Shown here: positions 1 to 9,568 of the stretch, one piece after another
Numbering within the stretch: position 1 is the first letter of the stretch
How the letters are laid out: every line of letters starts with the position of its first letter
Source of the DNA: Calditrichia bacterium
Lineage (GTDB): Bacteria > Calditrichota > Calditrichia > RBG-13-44-9 > J075
Direction of reading: 5' to 3'
DNA length: 64,000 bases
Assembly: GCA_050633245.1 (NCBI GenBank)
Contig: JBOEGD010000026.1
Location: 34,358 to 98,357 of the forward strand
Translations under genes and position numbers: made by a program
Notes under the pieces: model-generated
Seen by the model: only the letters and a program-made list of their open reading frames with translations
What the model was told of the DNA's origin: nothing
The model's database searches: none

Positions 1-911
1 CCGTACAGTGCAATACTGCCAATCAACAAAAAGTTCTTTTTTATATCCACGGGTCGCAAGCAGAGTAGTAAAATGAAACCGGGCAGAATAAAGCCCGGAT
101 GAAATAAAGCGCTTCCTGCATAGACGATATTGGGGAGTGTATAATTGGCGAAGCCATCCAATGTTTGAAAACTGCGTATTGGCCAGTTCCCCAAAGACCA
201 ACTCACTAACCACGGATGCGCAAGAAACGCGCTGCTTTCGCCACCTCGAAGCAACATGTGCGGTATTGCAGGAGCAAGCGAGAAAAGAGCGCACTTAATT
301 AGAAATAACGGTCTAAATGTGGACATTTGAATGCGTAAAAAAAAGATGACCGGCAAAGCGATAAGTGGTGCAACGGCATAGCGTGTGGTTACGGCACACG
401 CTGCGTAAAACAACAGGAGGATATAGCCGTTGTCTGTCGGCCTTGTTCGCAATCGATGCGCCATAAAAAAAGTGGCCATTATAAAAGCAGCGGCCAGCAT
501 GTCAGACATAATGAGCAGGCTGTTAGTAAAAAAAAGAGGCGACAGAAGTAAAAGGATGAGAATATACGATGTTCGCCCTAAGGCATTCGGATAGACAGAC
601 TGCAAATAACTGCTTGTCATCCATATCGTTGCAGATGCCGCGAGCATTGAAATAAGCTGTGCGGATATCGCGCTGTCACGAAGAAAAATTGCTAATATAG
701 CTGCGTCCAATGGATAGTTCACCGGCCAAAAAAAAATCCCCGGGTGCTGTCCCTCCTCTAAAAATATGCGCAGACGCTCTGCAAAACGTAAATATTCGTG
801 ACTATCCTGCCCATAGAGCCCGTTGAAGTCGGAAAAAAAGCGAATAATGAGTACGGTAAGGAAGAAACATGATGAAAGAAAAATGGGGGAGGTTAATTTG
901 ATGTTTCGCAT
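1..911 (-). CDS. Partial multi-TM GT-C (ArnT/PMT-like) glycosyltransferase; runs off the left edge, not in ORF track
   Basis: Manual translation from ATG at 911: MRNIKLTSPIF...FNGLYGQDSHEY...FWPVNYP...IMSDML...VTTRYA; hydrophobic, GT-C-like motifs. Confidence 0.65.
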   Translation of the reverse strand, partial: MRNIKLTSPIFLSSCFFLTVLIIRFFSDFNGLYGQDSHEYLRFAERLRIFLEEGQHPGIFFWPVNYPLDAAILAIFLRDSAISAQLISMLAASATIWMTSSYLQSVYPNALGRTSYILILLLLSPLFFTNSLLIMSDMLAAAFIMATFFMAHRLRTRPTDNGYILLLFYAACAVTTRYAVAPLIALPVIFFLRIQMSTFRPLFLIKCALFSLAPAIPHMLLRGGESSAFLAHPWLVSWSLGNWPIRSFQTLDGFANYTLPNIVYAGSALFHPGFILPGFILLLCLRPVDIKKNFLLIGSIALY

Positions 912-1074
912 GGAGTCGTATCACTTGGATGTTGATGAAATCTAACCGAATATAGGCATTTCGCAGTTTGTTACAAGCTAATGCTGATAAAGTGTATCGG
1001 AAAAATTTATATTTTGCTCAGCTTGGAGAGAAGTCAATCCGAAACTAATTATAGCATAAAACAAGGAGGTTGAT

Positions 1075-2154
1075 ATGCTGGAAGCTGTGAATCGAGAACA
1101 ATCAGATGTCCTTGTGTCTGTTGAAACCATGAAGGCATTGGTCTATTACGGTAGCCGTGATATTCGAATAGAACATGTTGAAAAACCCACCCCCGGACCT
1201 AATGAAGTATTGATTCGGGTAACTCACGCCGGAATCTCTCAAACTCAAGTAAATGAATTTGTTGAAGGCCCTTTTGTTATCAATACAGCTCCGCATCCCC
1301 TTACCGGAAAAGCTGTCCCGCTTATTCCCGGTCACGAATTTGGTGGTATTATTGAAGAAGTTGGCGCTACTGCCGGTAAGCAGCTTATCGGCAAGCAAGT
1401 CGCGGCATTACCACGGATAACGTGTGGAGAGTGTCGCTATTGTAGGTCTGGTAAAGAACATATCTGCAAGAAAATTGCCTATATCGGTTTGCTTGGTGAG
1501 AATGGTGGTTTTGCTCAATATGCCGTTGTACCAAAGCAAAATATTGTGGAGGTGCAGGATACTGCTGCTATGTCTTTTATTGAGCCGATTCTTGTTGGAC
1601 TTCATGCCGGAAGAGTTATTCAACACTTATTGCCTGCCAGTAAGGTGCTGGTTATGGGAGCGGGAGGTATTGGTGTTTGTCTGGCCGCAGTTTTACGAGA
1701 TTACTTTCGAGCTGATGTTACGCTTACCGATATTTTGCCAAATCGTCTTGCACGTATCAAAAAAGCGGGCTTCAATGTCTTGGGTAAAAATCAGTTGAAG
1801 CGCGAGTATGATATTGTAATCGATTGTGCCGGAGGCGATCCGATAAGTCAACGCTCAGCAATCTTTGAGGCATTTGATTATATCTATAACGGCGGGACAG
1901 TGCTTAATCTTGGGACTTATTTCCACCCGCTCTCCTTTGTACCGGTTACACTCACGGTTCCTGAAATGCAGCTGAGAACGTCCTTTGCTTATGATTCGCA
2001 TGATGAAGAGCTGCTCAATGATGCGTTGGAGGCGATCAAACTCGACTTCAGCGAGCTTATTGATAAGATTGACTTTGATAAACTTATCGTTGAGGGATAC
2101 TTTCGTTCGGAAGTAGACAAAGACAGCTTTATCCGTTTGGTGGTGCAACCGTAA
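1075..2154 (+). CDS. Zn-dependent MDR (2,3-butanediol dehydrogenase-like) protein with degenerate catalytic Zn site
   Basis: GHEFGG, structural Zn CxxCxxC-x7-C, GAGGIG Rossmann motif, PHPLT loop; GICGSDLH replaced by GISQTQVN; SD AAGGAGGT at 1063-1070. Confidence 0.85.
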   Translation: MLEAVNREQSDVLVSVETMKALVYYGSRDIRIEHVEKPTPGPNEVLIRVTHAGISQTQVNEFVEGPFVINTAPHPLTGKAVPLIPGHEFGGIIEEVGATAGKQLIGKQVAALPRITCGECRYCRSGKEHICKKIAYIGLLGENGGFAQYAVVPKQNIVEVQDTAAMSFIEPILVGLHAGRVIQHLLPASKVLVMGAGGIGVCLAAVLRDYFRADVTLTDILPNRLARIKKAGFNVLGKNQLKREYDIVIDCAGGDPISQRSAIFEAFDYIYNGGTVLNLGTYFHPLSFVPVTLTVPEMQLRTSFAYDSHDEELLNDALEAIKLDFSELIDKIDFDKLIVEGYFRSEVDKDSFIRLVVQP

Positions 2155-3818
2155 TGCAACTGGAGAAGCTCATAGCCGATATGCTTCAGGTTGAAATTCT
2201 TCCTGAAGATCAGGAATTGAGTTCGGATGCCGAACTAAAGCGAATTCCACTGCGCAATACCGGGATGGTTGTCTATGTGGACAACAGCTATTCTACGTCT
2301 GAGATTTTTCGCATAAAGAGCAGCCTGGAAAAACTGCTTACCAAAATTCAACCTATGCAGGCGGCTCAGGCAGAAAACGATATTCTTCGCAATGAGCTTC
2401 GTGATATCTCTGCCGCTGCCGATAAGCTGGCTCTTCAGGGCGTTGCACTTGAATATGAGTTCGATTTTTTGGCGGTTGTAAAAGCGCGCTATGTTCTTTT
2501 AAAGAACGATCAAGTATTAGTTAACACCGGCCTGGATGAACACACAATTAAGTCATCTGCTCACAAATTGATTCACCGAAATACATTTTCACTCTATATC
2601 CGTGCAGGGGAACTGATCGGTTTTAAAACGACCAGCTACAAGCTAATTGTGGTGAGTGACGAGATTTTGGATGAATCAATTAAACAGATCATCTCTACCA
2701 AGCTCAATTGGCTGGAGAGAATGCTTCAGCAGACAAGCCAGGAGCTGGAGGCTGTTTTTGAAGTGATCCCCGACTTGTTTTTGAGGGTCGATAATCAGGG
2801 TATACTTTTGGACTCTCGTGGTTCGCTTGTCTGTGGGTTACATAATTTTACCGGCGAGAACTTGGGTAAGCCGCTTTATGGTGTTTTACTCCCGGATGTC
2901 ACGGAGCAATTTCGTGCTGCGCTAGAAAGCTGTTTATCCAATAACGCCCGTGAAACAGTAGAGTTTAGCTCGAATCGATGTAATGGTATCATGCACTATG
3001 AATCGCGCTTTGTACCGCTCTCGGAATCGCAGGCTGTTATCATTATTCGGGATATTACGTATCAAAAAGAGGTGGCAGAAAATCAACATCTGCTTTTAGA
3101 CCGAGTCGAGAGCATAAATTCAGAGCTAAAAGATTTTGCATATATTGTCTCTCACGACTTAAAGGCACCACTGCGTTCAATAAAGTCGATCTCCGATTGG
3201 CTGATAAGCGATTACCAGGAACAGCTCGACGATAGCGGAAAAGAAATGCTCGATCTTCTGGGAAGCAGGGTATTGCGCATGCACAACCTTATCGAAGGAG
3301 TGCTGGCATACTCGCGGGTTGGCCAGGCAAACGAAGATCGGGTTTTGGTCGACTTGCAGCAATCTGTGAAAGACGTAACTGAGATGCTTAGTCCACCGGA
3401 GAACATCGAGATTCAGGTTTTGGGCTCACTACCAACGTTGCGGATTGGTAAAACCAGAATTGAACAGGTTTTTCAAAACTTCCTGAGTAATGCTATTAAG
3501 TATATGGATAAAGAAAATGGCAAAGTTGAGGTTAGCTATACCAGGTCGGCTTCGGAGTGTATCTTTTGCATCAAAGATAACGGACCAGGTATTTCGGAGA
3601 AACATTTTGATCGAATCTTTCGCATCTTCCAAACCGTTTCCGGTAAAGAGAGTTTCGAAAATACCGGCGTAGGCCTTAGCATTATAAAAAAGATTGTTGA
3701 AAACTATGGTGGAAGAGTCTGGATAGAATCGGTGGAGGGAGAAGGCTCTTCTTTCTTTTTCAGTTTACCGAATAACATGAGTGTTAATGCTTCAGAAGAA
3801 GAGCCTGTCGCTTTTTAA
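2154..3818 (+). CDS. Cytoplasmic PAS sensor histidine kinase (orphan)
   Basis: H-box FAYIVSHDLKAPLR, N-box NFLSNAIKY, DNGPGI, GVGLSI; PAS ending in IIRDIT; no TM; TAATG overlap with upstream gene. Confidence 0.92.
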   Translation: MQLEKLIADMLQVEILPEDQELSSDAELKRIPLRNTGMVVYVDNSYSTSEIFRIKSSLEKLLTKIQPMQAAQAENDILRNELRDISAAADKLALQGVALEYEFDFLAVVKARYVLLKNDQVLVNTGLDEHTIKSSAHKLIHRNTFSLYIRAGELIGFKTTSYKLIVVSDEILDESIKQIISTKLNWLERMLQQTSQELEAVFEVIPDLFLRVDNQGILLDSRGSLVCGLHNFTGENLGKPLYGVLLPDVTEQFRAALESCLSNNARETVEFSSNRCNGIMHYESRFVPLSESQAVIIIRDITYQKEVAENQHLLLDRVESINSELKDFAYIVSHDLKAPLRSIKSISDWLISDYQEQLDDSGKEMLDLLGSRVLRMHNLIEGVLAYSRVGQANEDRVLVDLQQSVKDVTEMLSPPENIEIQVLGSLPTLRIGKTRIEQVFQNFLSNAIKYMDKENGKVEVSYTRSASECIFCIKDNGPGISEKHFDRIFRIFQTVSGKESFENTGVGLSIIKKIVENYGGRVWIESVEGEGSSFFFSLPNNMSVNASEEEPVAF

Positions 3819-4619
3819 CTATCTTTTTATACATAGCCATGGAAATGGCGACTTTGGAGTTCCTTTCAACTTTTGACCCAATCTTATGCGAAACGATCGT
3901 GGATCGTATAAGGTCTTTGGCTTAAACGCCGCGAGTTCTTCATACGCATGATGGAAAAAATGAGAGCTTAACGCTGGAAATCCTGCCGACTGATAATAGC
4001 TGTTGCTCCGAGTTTTAGCAGCTTCGATTCCTTCTCTCGCATAGAATGGGCTGTCGATAATATGAACTTCTCCGCCCTCAGCCAGAAAGTATTGCAATCT
4101 GTTTAGTAATGTAGTGACGTTTGGAAAATACTGAATCGAGCTTCCCAATAAAATGATGTCAAAACACTTTTCCGGAAGAACGTTGTCAAAAATACTGCCA
4201 TACAGCCACAGCAATTTATCGCCGTATTCATGGAAGACCCGAGCCGCTTGCAGCAGTTCTTCGCTGTTCATGTCAAGCCCGACAGTTAGTTGGGAATAGG
4301 GGTGGAGATGTCGGGTCATCCAGCCATTACCACAGCCAATGTCTAACAGACGGGGTGGACTTTTTAGATCGGATAAGTAGCGTTGCATTCGTTCGAGAGA
4401 CTGCGCGCGAATCGTCCATTCTTGTGTTAGAGGATGATTTTCTGAAACCAGTGGCAAGGCATACAGCTGCGCATCGGAATAAAATCGACCTTCTTTTTTG
4501 CGTAGTGCAATATACGCTTCTTCAAAGCTGGTTGGGATAATGCGATCGTAGAACCAGAGTCGCTTTTCTCTGCGAGCACCGGCCTGCTTTAATTGATTTT
4601 CTAGCTGCTGTAGGGGCAT
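3819..4619 (-). CDS. Class I SAM-dependent methyltransferase
   Basis: LLDIGCGNG motif I, FDII motif. Confidence 0.88.
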   Translation of the reverse strand: MPLQQLENQLKQAGARREKRLWFYDRIIPTSFEEAYIALRKKEGRFYSDAQLYALPLVSENHPLTQEWTIRAQSLERMQRYLSDLKSPPRLLDIGCGNGWMTRHLHPYSQLTVGLDMNSEELLQAARVFHEYGDKLLWLYGSIFDNVLPEKCFDIILLGSSIQYFPNVTTLLNRLQYFLAEGGEVHIIDSPFYAREGIEAAKTRSNSYYQSAGFPALSSHFFHHAYEELAAFKPKTLYDPRSFRIRLGQKLKGTPKSPFPWLCIKR

Positions 4620-4631
4620 TCTTTTCTCATC

Positions 4632-5396
4632 TTAGCTGTCATCTCTTCTGGCAAAAACATAGCAGACATGATCTCCGCCAACCCATTCCGGGAGACGTTC
4701 CGCAAGATATTTATCCAGTCTTTTTAACAGGGGAAAGAACGGTATAAACAATTTTTCATGATTTGCGAATTGATCCGGTGTTGGTAAGACAGATGCCAGA
4801 TGAACCCGTTGTAAAACTTCAAACTCCGCCGGAAGCATATTTTTAGAGTAGTAATGCACGCTCATGCCTCCGGAAACCGGTAGCGTTTTAGAAATAAGCC
4901 TGCCATATAGTGAGGAAAAGCGCAATCGACAAACATTACCAAGTGCAGAGAAAAGGTGTAGTGGCGGCATCGTTACAATGATAACTCTTCCACCGGGAGC
5001 CAAAAGACGTTTTAGTTTTTTTTGTATCTGCACGATATCCGGCATTGCATTAATAACGCCGAAGTTCAGCAGAATGGCATCATAGAGTCTGTCCTCAGGC
5101 ATCTGAAAAAAATCGAGATGATGGACTTCTGCATCAAGTCCGGTTTTACCAGACTGTTCTTTTGCAAGTTTTACCATTTCATTGGAAATGTCGAGGGCGG
5201 TAACAAGCAGACCACGCGAACCATACCAGCCGAAATCAGAGCCGGGGCCGCAGCCAACATCCAGCAGCGTGCTGCCGGGAGAGAGCAAATTTGCCAGCAC
5301 GCGATGGATGCGCTTGCGCTGATATCGTCCAACCCTATTCAGGTTGAATTTCTGCTCGTAATCTGTTGCGTAGACGTCGAAGGTTGCTTCGATCAT
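4632..5396 (-). CDS. Class I SAM-dependent methyltransferase
   Basis: LLDVGCGPG, ALDIS, YDAI, LAPGG motifs. Confidence 0.88.
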   Translation of the reverse strand: MIEATFDVYATDYEQKFNLNRVGRYQRKRIHRVLANLLSPGSTLLDVGCGPGSDFGWYGSRGLLVTALDISNEMVKLAKEQSGKTGLDAEVHHLDFFQMPEDRLYDAILLNFGVINAMPDIVQIQKKLKRLLAPGGRVIIVTMPPLHLFSALGNVCRLRFSSLYGRLISKTLPVSGGMSVHYYSKNMLPAEFEVLQRVHLASVLPTPDQFANHEKLFIPFFPLLKRLDKYLAERLPEWVGGDHVCYVFARRDDS

Positions 5397-5427
5397 GTGG
5401 CTATCTTAGTTGGCCTGAGGCGAATTG

Positions 5428-6810
5428 TCAAGTATTTTTTGCTCTTTGGGATTTCCGGTAGACCAGAAACAGCGTCATCAGCAGAATTGCCAGCATATAC
5501 GCTGCATTAACTAACATAAAGTTGCGTTTAAAAAAGCTCTCGTTTACGTCGCGCTGGAGCCACTCGGAGAGCTTCCCGTAAATTTGCTGTCGCATCGCCG
5601 GCGGAAAGCTGCCAATTCGGGTATCGTGATAACCACCGGGATTTATCATGCGCAGTGCATCGACAGATGTGGCAGGAACAACTCCAGCTCCACTCCAGGT
5701 ATCTAATTCTCCATGGATGTAAAGAATCTCGTTGCCTTCGTTTACCAGCCACTGATGAATATCCTGCATAACCTCCGGACGATAGGTGAGATCGGCTTCC
5801 TGTGGTGCAAACGGACGATTGGAGGGCTCCGGGGCGGATGTTAGTAGATGAGCAAGGTGGTTGCTGACAAATCCGTAGTAGCCCAGCTCCGTCATTGCCT
5901 GATAAAAGAACGGCTGATAGGTAGTGATGCCTTTTTGAGTATACAGGCCGAAAATGTTCATCTTTGCAATATGGCTGAAAATCTGTGCGGCAGATGCTGT
6001 CAAATCTGGAATTTGATCGCAACGCCATCTTCCCCATTGCCAAAAAGAGAAAGGGTATTCCAAAACGGTATATTCCAAAGCCGTATCAGCGCCGTGGGGG
6101 AAAACTTCATTCTTCTCGATAGCCCATTCTTCCAGAAGTGGAATTAGTTCATGACGCTTCTCAAGCATTAGTATTTGAAACTGTTCAATCGCTTCTCTGC
6201 ACTCGCTTGTGCCAACGGTTGCGAGATGCTCATCCAGACGTTTATCCTCAACTGCCAGTGGAATGGGTGCTACCATCGGGATGGCTACATCGACATCGTT
6301 TGGATAGAACCGCTTGTGGAAGAGCGTTGTTTGTCCACCTTTGCTGATTCCGGTGCTGATCCATTTATCTGCATAGATGGACTTGAAGTGCTCGGCAATT
6401 TTGTGTAGGTCGTCGACAGACTGACGAACCGTCAGGTATTGCCAGTCCAGGCTGTCCGGAACCGATTCTCCGAAAAAGCGATGTTCAACTCTCAATTGAT
6501 TTGCCGAAAGAAGGTCACACAATTCGCTGCGAACGTGTCCATTAATTTGGTAGCCTTCGGTAATAAAAATTACCGGCTGGGTGATATCATAATGATCGAG
6601 GTAGATGCGCTGCTCAAAGTTGCCCGCTGCCGGGTTTTGATGATCCAGTGGCTGCGAGATGAAAATCTCAAACGATTGGTTAAACCCGTCTCGGGTTTCG
6701 ATTGTTTTAACGCGCATGCCTTCAAGGGCAGATAGTTGATCGCGGATATCTGCAAGCCCGCAGAGTGTGCAGCCGATTAAGAGTAGCAATATCGAGATAG
6801 AGAGTCTCAT
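5428..6810 (-). CDS. S37/S28-family serine aminopeptidase (PS-10-like) with signal peptide and C-terminal TM anchor
   Basis: QPLDH, FEQRI, VEHRFFGES, nucleophile GISKGG, C-terminal hydrophobic helix plus basic tail; start moved to MRLSISI (6810). Confidence 0.85.
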   Translation of the reverse strand: MRLSISILLLLIGCTLCGLADIRDQLSALEGMRVKTIETRDGFNQSFEIFISQPLDHQNPAAGNFEQRIYLDHYDITQPVIFITEGYQINGHVRSELCDLLSANQLRVEHRFFGESVPDSLDWQYLTVRQSVDDLHKIAEHFKSIYADKWISTGISKGGQTTLFHKRFYPNDVDVAIPMVAPIPLAVEDKRLDEHLATVGTSECREAIEQFQILMLEKRHELIPLLEEWAIEKNEVFPHGADTALEYTVLEYPFSFWQWGRWRCDQIPDLTASAAQIFSHIAKMNIFGLYTQKGITTYQPFFYQAMTELGYYGFVSNHLAHLLTSAPEPSNRPFAPQEADLTYRPEVMQDIHQWLVNEGNEILYIHGELDTWSGAGVVPATSVDALRMINPGGYHDTRIGSFPPAMRQQIYGKLSEWLQRDVNESFFKRNFMLVNAAYMLAILLMTLFLVYRKSQRAKNT

Positions 6811-6892
6811 AATATCTGTCCGGGGGATACGTTCTTGTCTGGCTAACCGATTTATTGGCAAATATAATGGACAAAACTGTGATTCGGGATCG

Positions 6893-6957
6893 GTCAGGCT
6901 GAGCGGAGTCGAAGCCCTATTGATATCTTACCAGCTTCTCGGCTGCGCCAAGGTGAC
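6893..6957. repeat. Degenerate inverted repeat GTCAGGCTGAGCGGAGTCGAAGC...GCTTC-CGGCTGCGC-CAAGGTGAC
   Basis: Left arm 6893-6915, decayed right arm 6934-6957 in a divergent intergenic region. Confidence 0.5.
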
Positions 6958-7093
6958 AAAACCCGAGTGGAAATCATTCTGTCAACGTCCGAGTTTTTCA
7001 AACATACGATTTTTTGACCAAATCTGCACGTTCTGTGTCTTTTAATTGTTCGCCATCATCGAACAAGTGAAGGCTCATCAAGGAGAAGCATTT

Positions 7094-7456
7094 ATGAAAC
7101 CACAGCTCGTTTTTGTCTACAATGCCGATAGCGGTTTGTTTAACACCATGGCCGATATTGCGCATAAGCTTATTTCTCCGCAAACCTATAGCTGTAACCT
7201 CTGCGCGCTCACCCACACGGCATTTGGAATGAAGGATGACTGGCGGGATTTTCTGGAAACTCTCAATGCGGAACTGGAGTTTTTGCATCGCGATGAATTT
7301 GTTAAGGCCGGTGGTTCCGATAGTGCCGACCTGCCGGCAATCTTTCTGCGCAAGGAAATCACGTTTGATGTTTGGATGTCGGCGGCTGAGATCAACAAGC
7401 TGGAAGATTTGGAGAGTTTGAAAAGCGGTATTCACCAGCGGCTTCAAGCAGAGTGA
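7094..7456 (+). CDS. Conserved hypothetical protein (thioredoxin-like, VYNADSG / YSCNLC motifs)
   Basis: SD AGGAG before ATG 7094; CxxC motif. Confidence 0.7.
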   Translation: MKPQLVFVYNADSGLFNTMADIAHKLISPQTYSCNLCALTHTAFGMKDDWRDFLETLNAELEFLHRDEFVKAGGSDSADLPAIFLRKEITFDVWMSAAEINKLEDLESLKSGIHQRLQAE

Positions 7457-7585
7457 GTAGCGGTCTGCTTTTCTGACCCAAAACTATCGCAGCAGCACCA
7501 TCTTTTTCACCTGTGATTGATTGGCTGCTATTAGATTGTAATCAATTGTAATAAATGGCAAGTACGTGCCGATAAAGAAATCACT

Positions 7586-7617
7586 TGCATTGTAGTTACA
7601 TCGTGTCTGCATTGTAG
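7586..7617 (+). promoter_or_regulatory. Candidate TA promoter/operator: direct repeat TGCATTGTAG x2 (22-nt period) overlapping imperfect palindrome TGTAGTTACA
   Basis: Repeats at 7586-7595 and 7608-7617, ~130 nt upstream of the antitoxin. Confidence 0.3.
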
Positions 7618-7749
7618 CTCGGAAATAGAGCAGTTTAGTTGGATATTATAAAGCGTGCTCCACCCACATCGATTTTTGTGATCTATAGCGCCCAAGTCGT
7701 TTTGTAGGAAGAGTACGCTGATTTTAATTACACAGCCCAAGGTGTCATT

Positions 7750-8025
7750 ATGAGCAGCAATAAGAACACAGTCGTTAGAGCTCGAATTGATTCTGAGTTA
7801 AAACAGGATGTCGAAAGTATATTGAATACTATGGGATTGAATGTATCTGATGCAATCAGTCTCTTATTCAATATGATTAGACTACATAATGGAATACCCT
7901 TTGAAGTTAAAATACCCGTTTTAAAACCAGAAGTAATTGAAACCTTCAAGAAAACTGATGCAAACGAAGACTTAGAAGAATTCGAGACCATTGACGATCT
8001 GAGGCAATCAATCAAGAAATGGTGA
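7750..8025 (+). CDS. dinJ: RelB/DinJ-family antitoxin
   Basis: VRARIDSELKQ...MGLNVSDAI...GIPFEV RHH signature, directly upstream of YafQ-like gene. Confidence 0.88.
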   Translation: MSSNKNTVVRARIDSELKQDVESILNTMGLNVSDAISLLFNMIRLHNGIPFEVKIPVLKPEVIETFKKTDANEDLEEFETIDDLRQSIKKW

Positions 8026-8031
8026 TGTGTA

Positions 8032-8291
8032 ATGAAAAAGATTGTTGTAACGGGTAGTTTCAAGAAAGGGATGAAGAGGGTTAGAAAAAGAGGTTGGGAC
8101 GAAGAGGAACTTGTAACAGTTGCTCAAATGCTAGCAAAGGATGAAGTTTTACCTGAGCGATATAAGGATCATAAACTTGTTGGCAACGCCGCGAGTGCCA
8201 TATACGTCCCGACTGGCTATTAATCTACAAGGTTGAAGAAGATCGTATTATTCTTGAATATACCGGAAGTCATTCAGACCTTTTTGACTAA
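8032..8291 (+). pseudogene. yafQ: YafQ-family mRNA interferase, frameshifted near 8188
   Basis: N-part ...LPERYKDHKLVGN; C-part in another frame RECHIRPDWLLIYKVEEDRIILEYTGSHSDLFD* (TAA 8289-8291). Confidence 0.85.
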
Positions 8292-8494
8292 CCTTATTAT
8301 TCAGTGATGAAGTTATGATGTCGAGAATGCATTTGACGATTTTTGGGAGGAACTACCATAAACTTTATGTGAGTTACTTTGTAGGATTGCTTTTGGAAGT
8401 AAACTTCAATCTCTAAATCTGATTTTTTTTGACTTCTGCCAAGGGATTCTTAATACACAATTTAATAAGCTGTTTAAGAGAAAAGAATTGAATG

Positions 8495-8534
8495 AAATGT
8501 AAAGCGCCGATTTTTTGACGCTTTACATTTTTTT
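8495..8534. terminator. Probable bidirectional intrinsic terminator
   Basis: AAATGTAAAGCG (8495-8506) / CGCTTTACATTT (8519-8530) followed by T-run, between convergent units. Confidence 0.7.
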
Positions 8535-8560
8535 GTAGTAAATAAAAATATCGAGGAGTT

Positions 8561-9568
8561 TTAAGGCGTATTACCAATTGCCCAATCAATCAGATACAGT
8601 GCCGCAGGCAGATTCTCTTCAAACGTCGGCTGGATCTCGCTATCTGGTAGTTCAAAACCGGGAAAACGGCTGCGCGGACGCAATTCAATGGTGAAGGCCA
8701 TCGCGTTTTGCACGGCATATAACCAGTCCGCAGTGTCTCCACTGGCAAGATACAGATCGGATGCCTGTTGCGGCGTGTAGGACTTGCCGTGTACCGCCAG
8801 TATCTTTGCGGCCATCGCGCTGGCAAGCTGATCGAGCTGCACGTCATCAGGTGTCGGTGCATTGGTATGTCCCCAGGGATAGAGAACCAGTTGACTATAG
8901 CTGTGATAGGTAATCATTGCTTTTGGCTGTTCGCGATTTAGAAAATCACGCACGGCACGAGACTCCGGCTCCGAGAAGGCTGACGGTCCTCGATAGGTCT
9001 CGGAAAAACTGTCTCCCGATGAACCGGGTCCACCCCACTGATAACCATAGTTACGATTGAGGTCGACGCCAAATGTTCCATCACCATTATCGCGACGATT
9101 TTTACGCCACAGGCGATTGGTGGTAACCGAGTACTGGTGTCCATCGGGATTTACCATTGGAACAAACCAAACTTCTGCATTGTCGATTAAGCGCGTTATT
9201 AGTGTATCACTCCCGTATGCGTTTAACAGGTGATCCGCAGTTAGCAATGGAACGTCGACGGAAATCCATTCGCGGGCATGATGTGCGCCAAAGAAAATTA
9301 CCACCGGTTCGTCTTCATCCTGGCTGACATTGTCGCTTATTTTTAATGCGGAAATCTGACGCCCTTCCAGAGATTGGCCAATTGAAGACACCGCTGCTAT
9401 TTGTGGATGCGTGTTTTGAAATGACTGTAGTTTTTGATTCACTTCCGCATAGTTATGAAAAAGGCCGGCCGTCGGATCGGGCGGAGTGGTGGTGCCGTTA
9501 CACGAGTTGAGCAGGAATAGCAGGGAAGCATTTAGCAGCATTAAGGAACTTATTTTCGACCAGCTCAT
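8561..9568 (-). CDS. M14 zinc carboxypeptidase (carboxypeptidase T-like) lipoprotein without propeptide
   Basis: HAREW, WRKNR, GVDLNRNY, YHSYSQ, IELRP motifs; lipobox LNSC. Confidence 0.92.
   Translation of the reverse strand: MSWSKISSLMLLNASLLFLLNSCNGTTTPPDPTAGLFHNYAEVNQKLQSFQNTHPQIAAVSSIGQSLEGRQISALKISDNVSQDEDEPVVIFFGAHHAREWISVDVPLLTADHLLNAYGSDTLITRLIDNAEVWFVPMVNPDGHQYSVTTNRLWRKNRRDNGDGTFGVDLNRNYGYQWGGPGSSGDSFSETYRGPSAFSEPESRAVRDFLNREQPKAMITYHSYSQLVLYPWGHTNAPTPDDVQLDQLASAMAAKILAVHGKSYTPQQASDLYLASGDTADWLYAVQNAMAFTIELRPRSRFPGFELPDSEIQPTFEENLPAALYLIDWAIGNTP

Noticed and set aside
8032-8291. Programmed ribosomal frameshift in yafQ
   Set aside because: No slippery sequence and conserved residues are missing at the junction, indicating deletion
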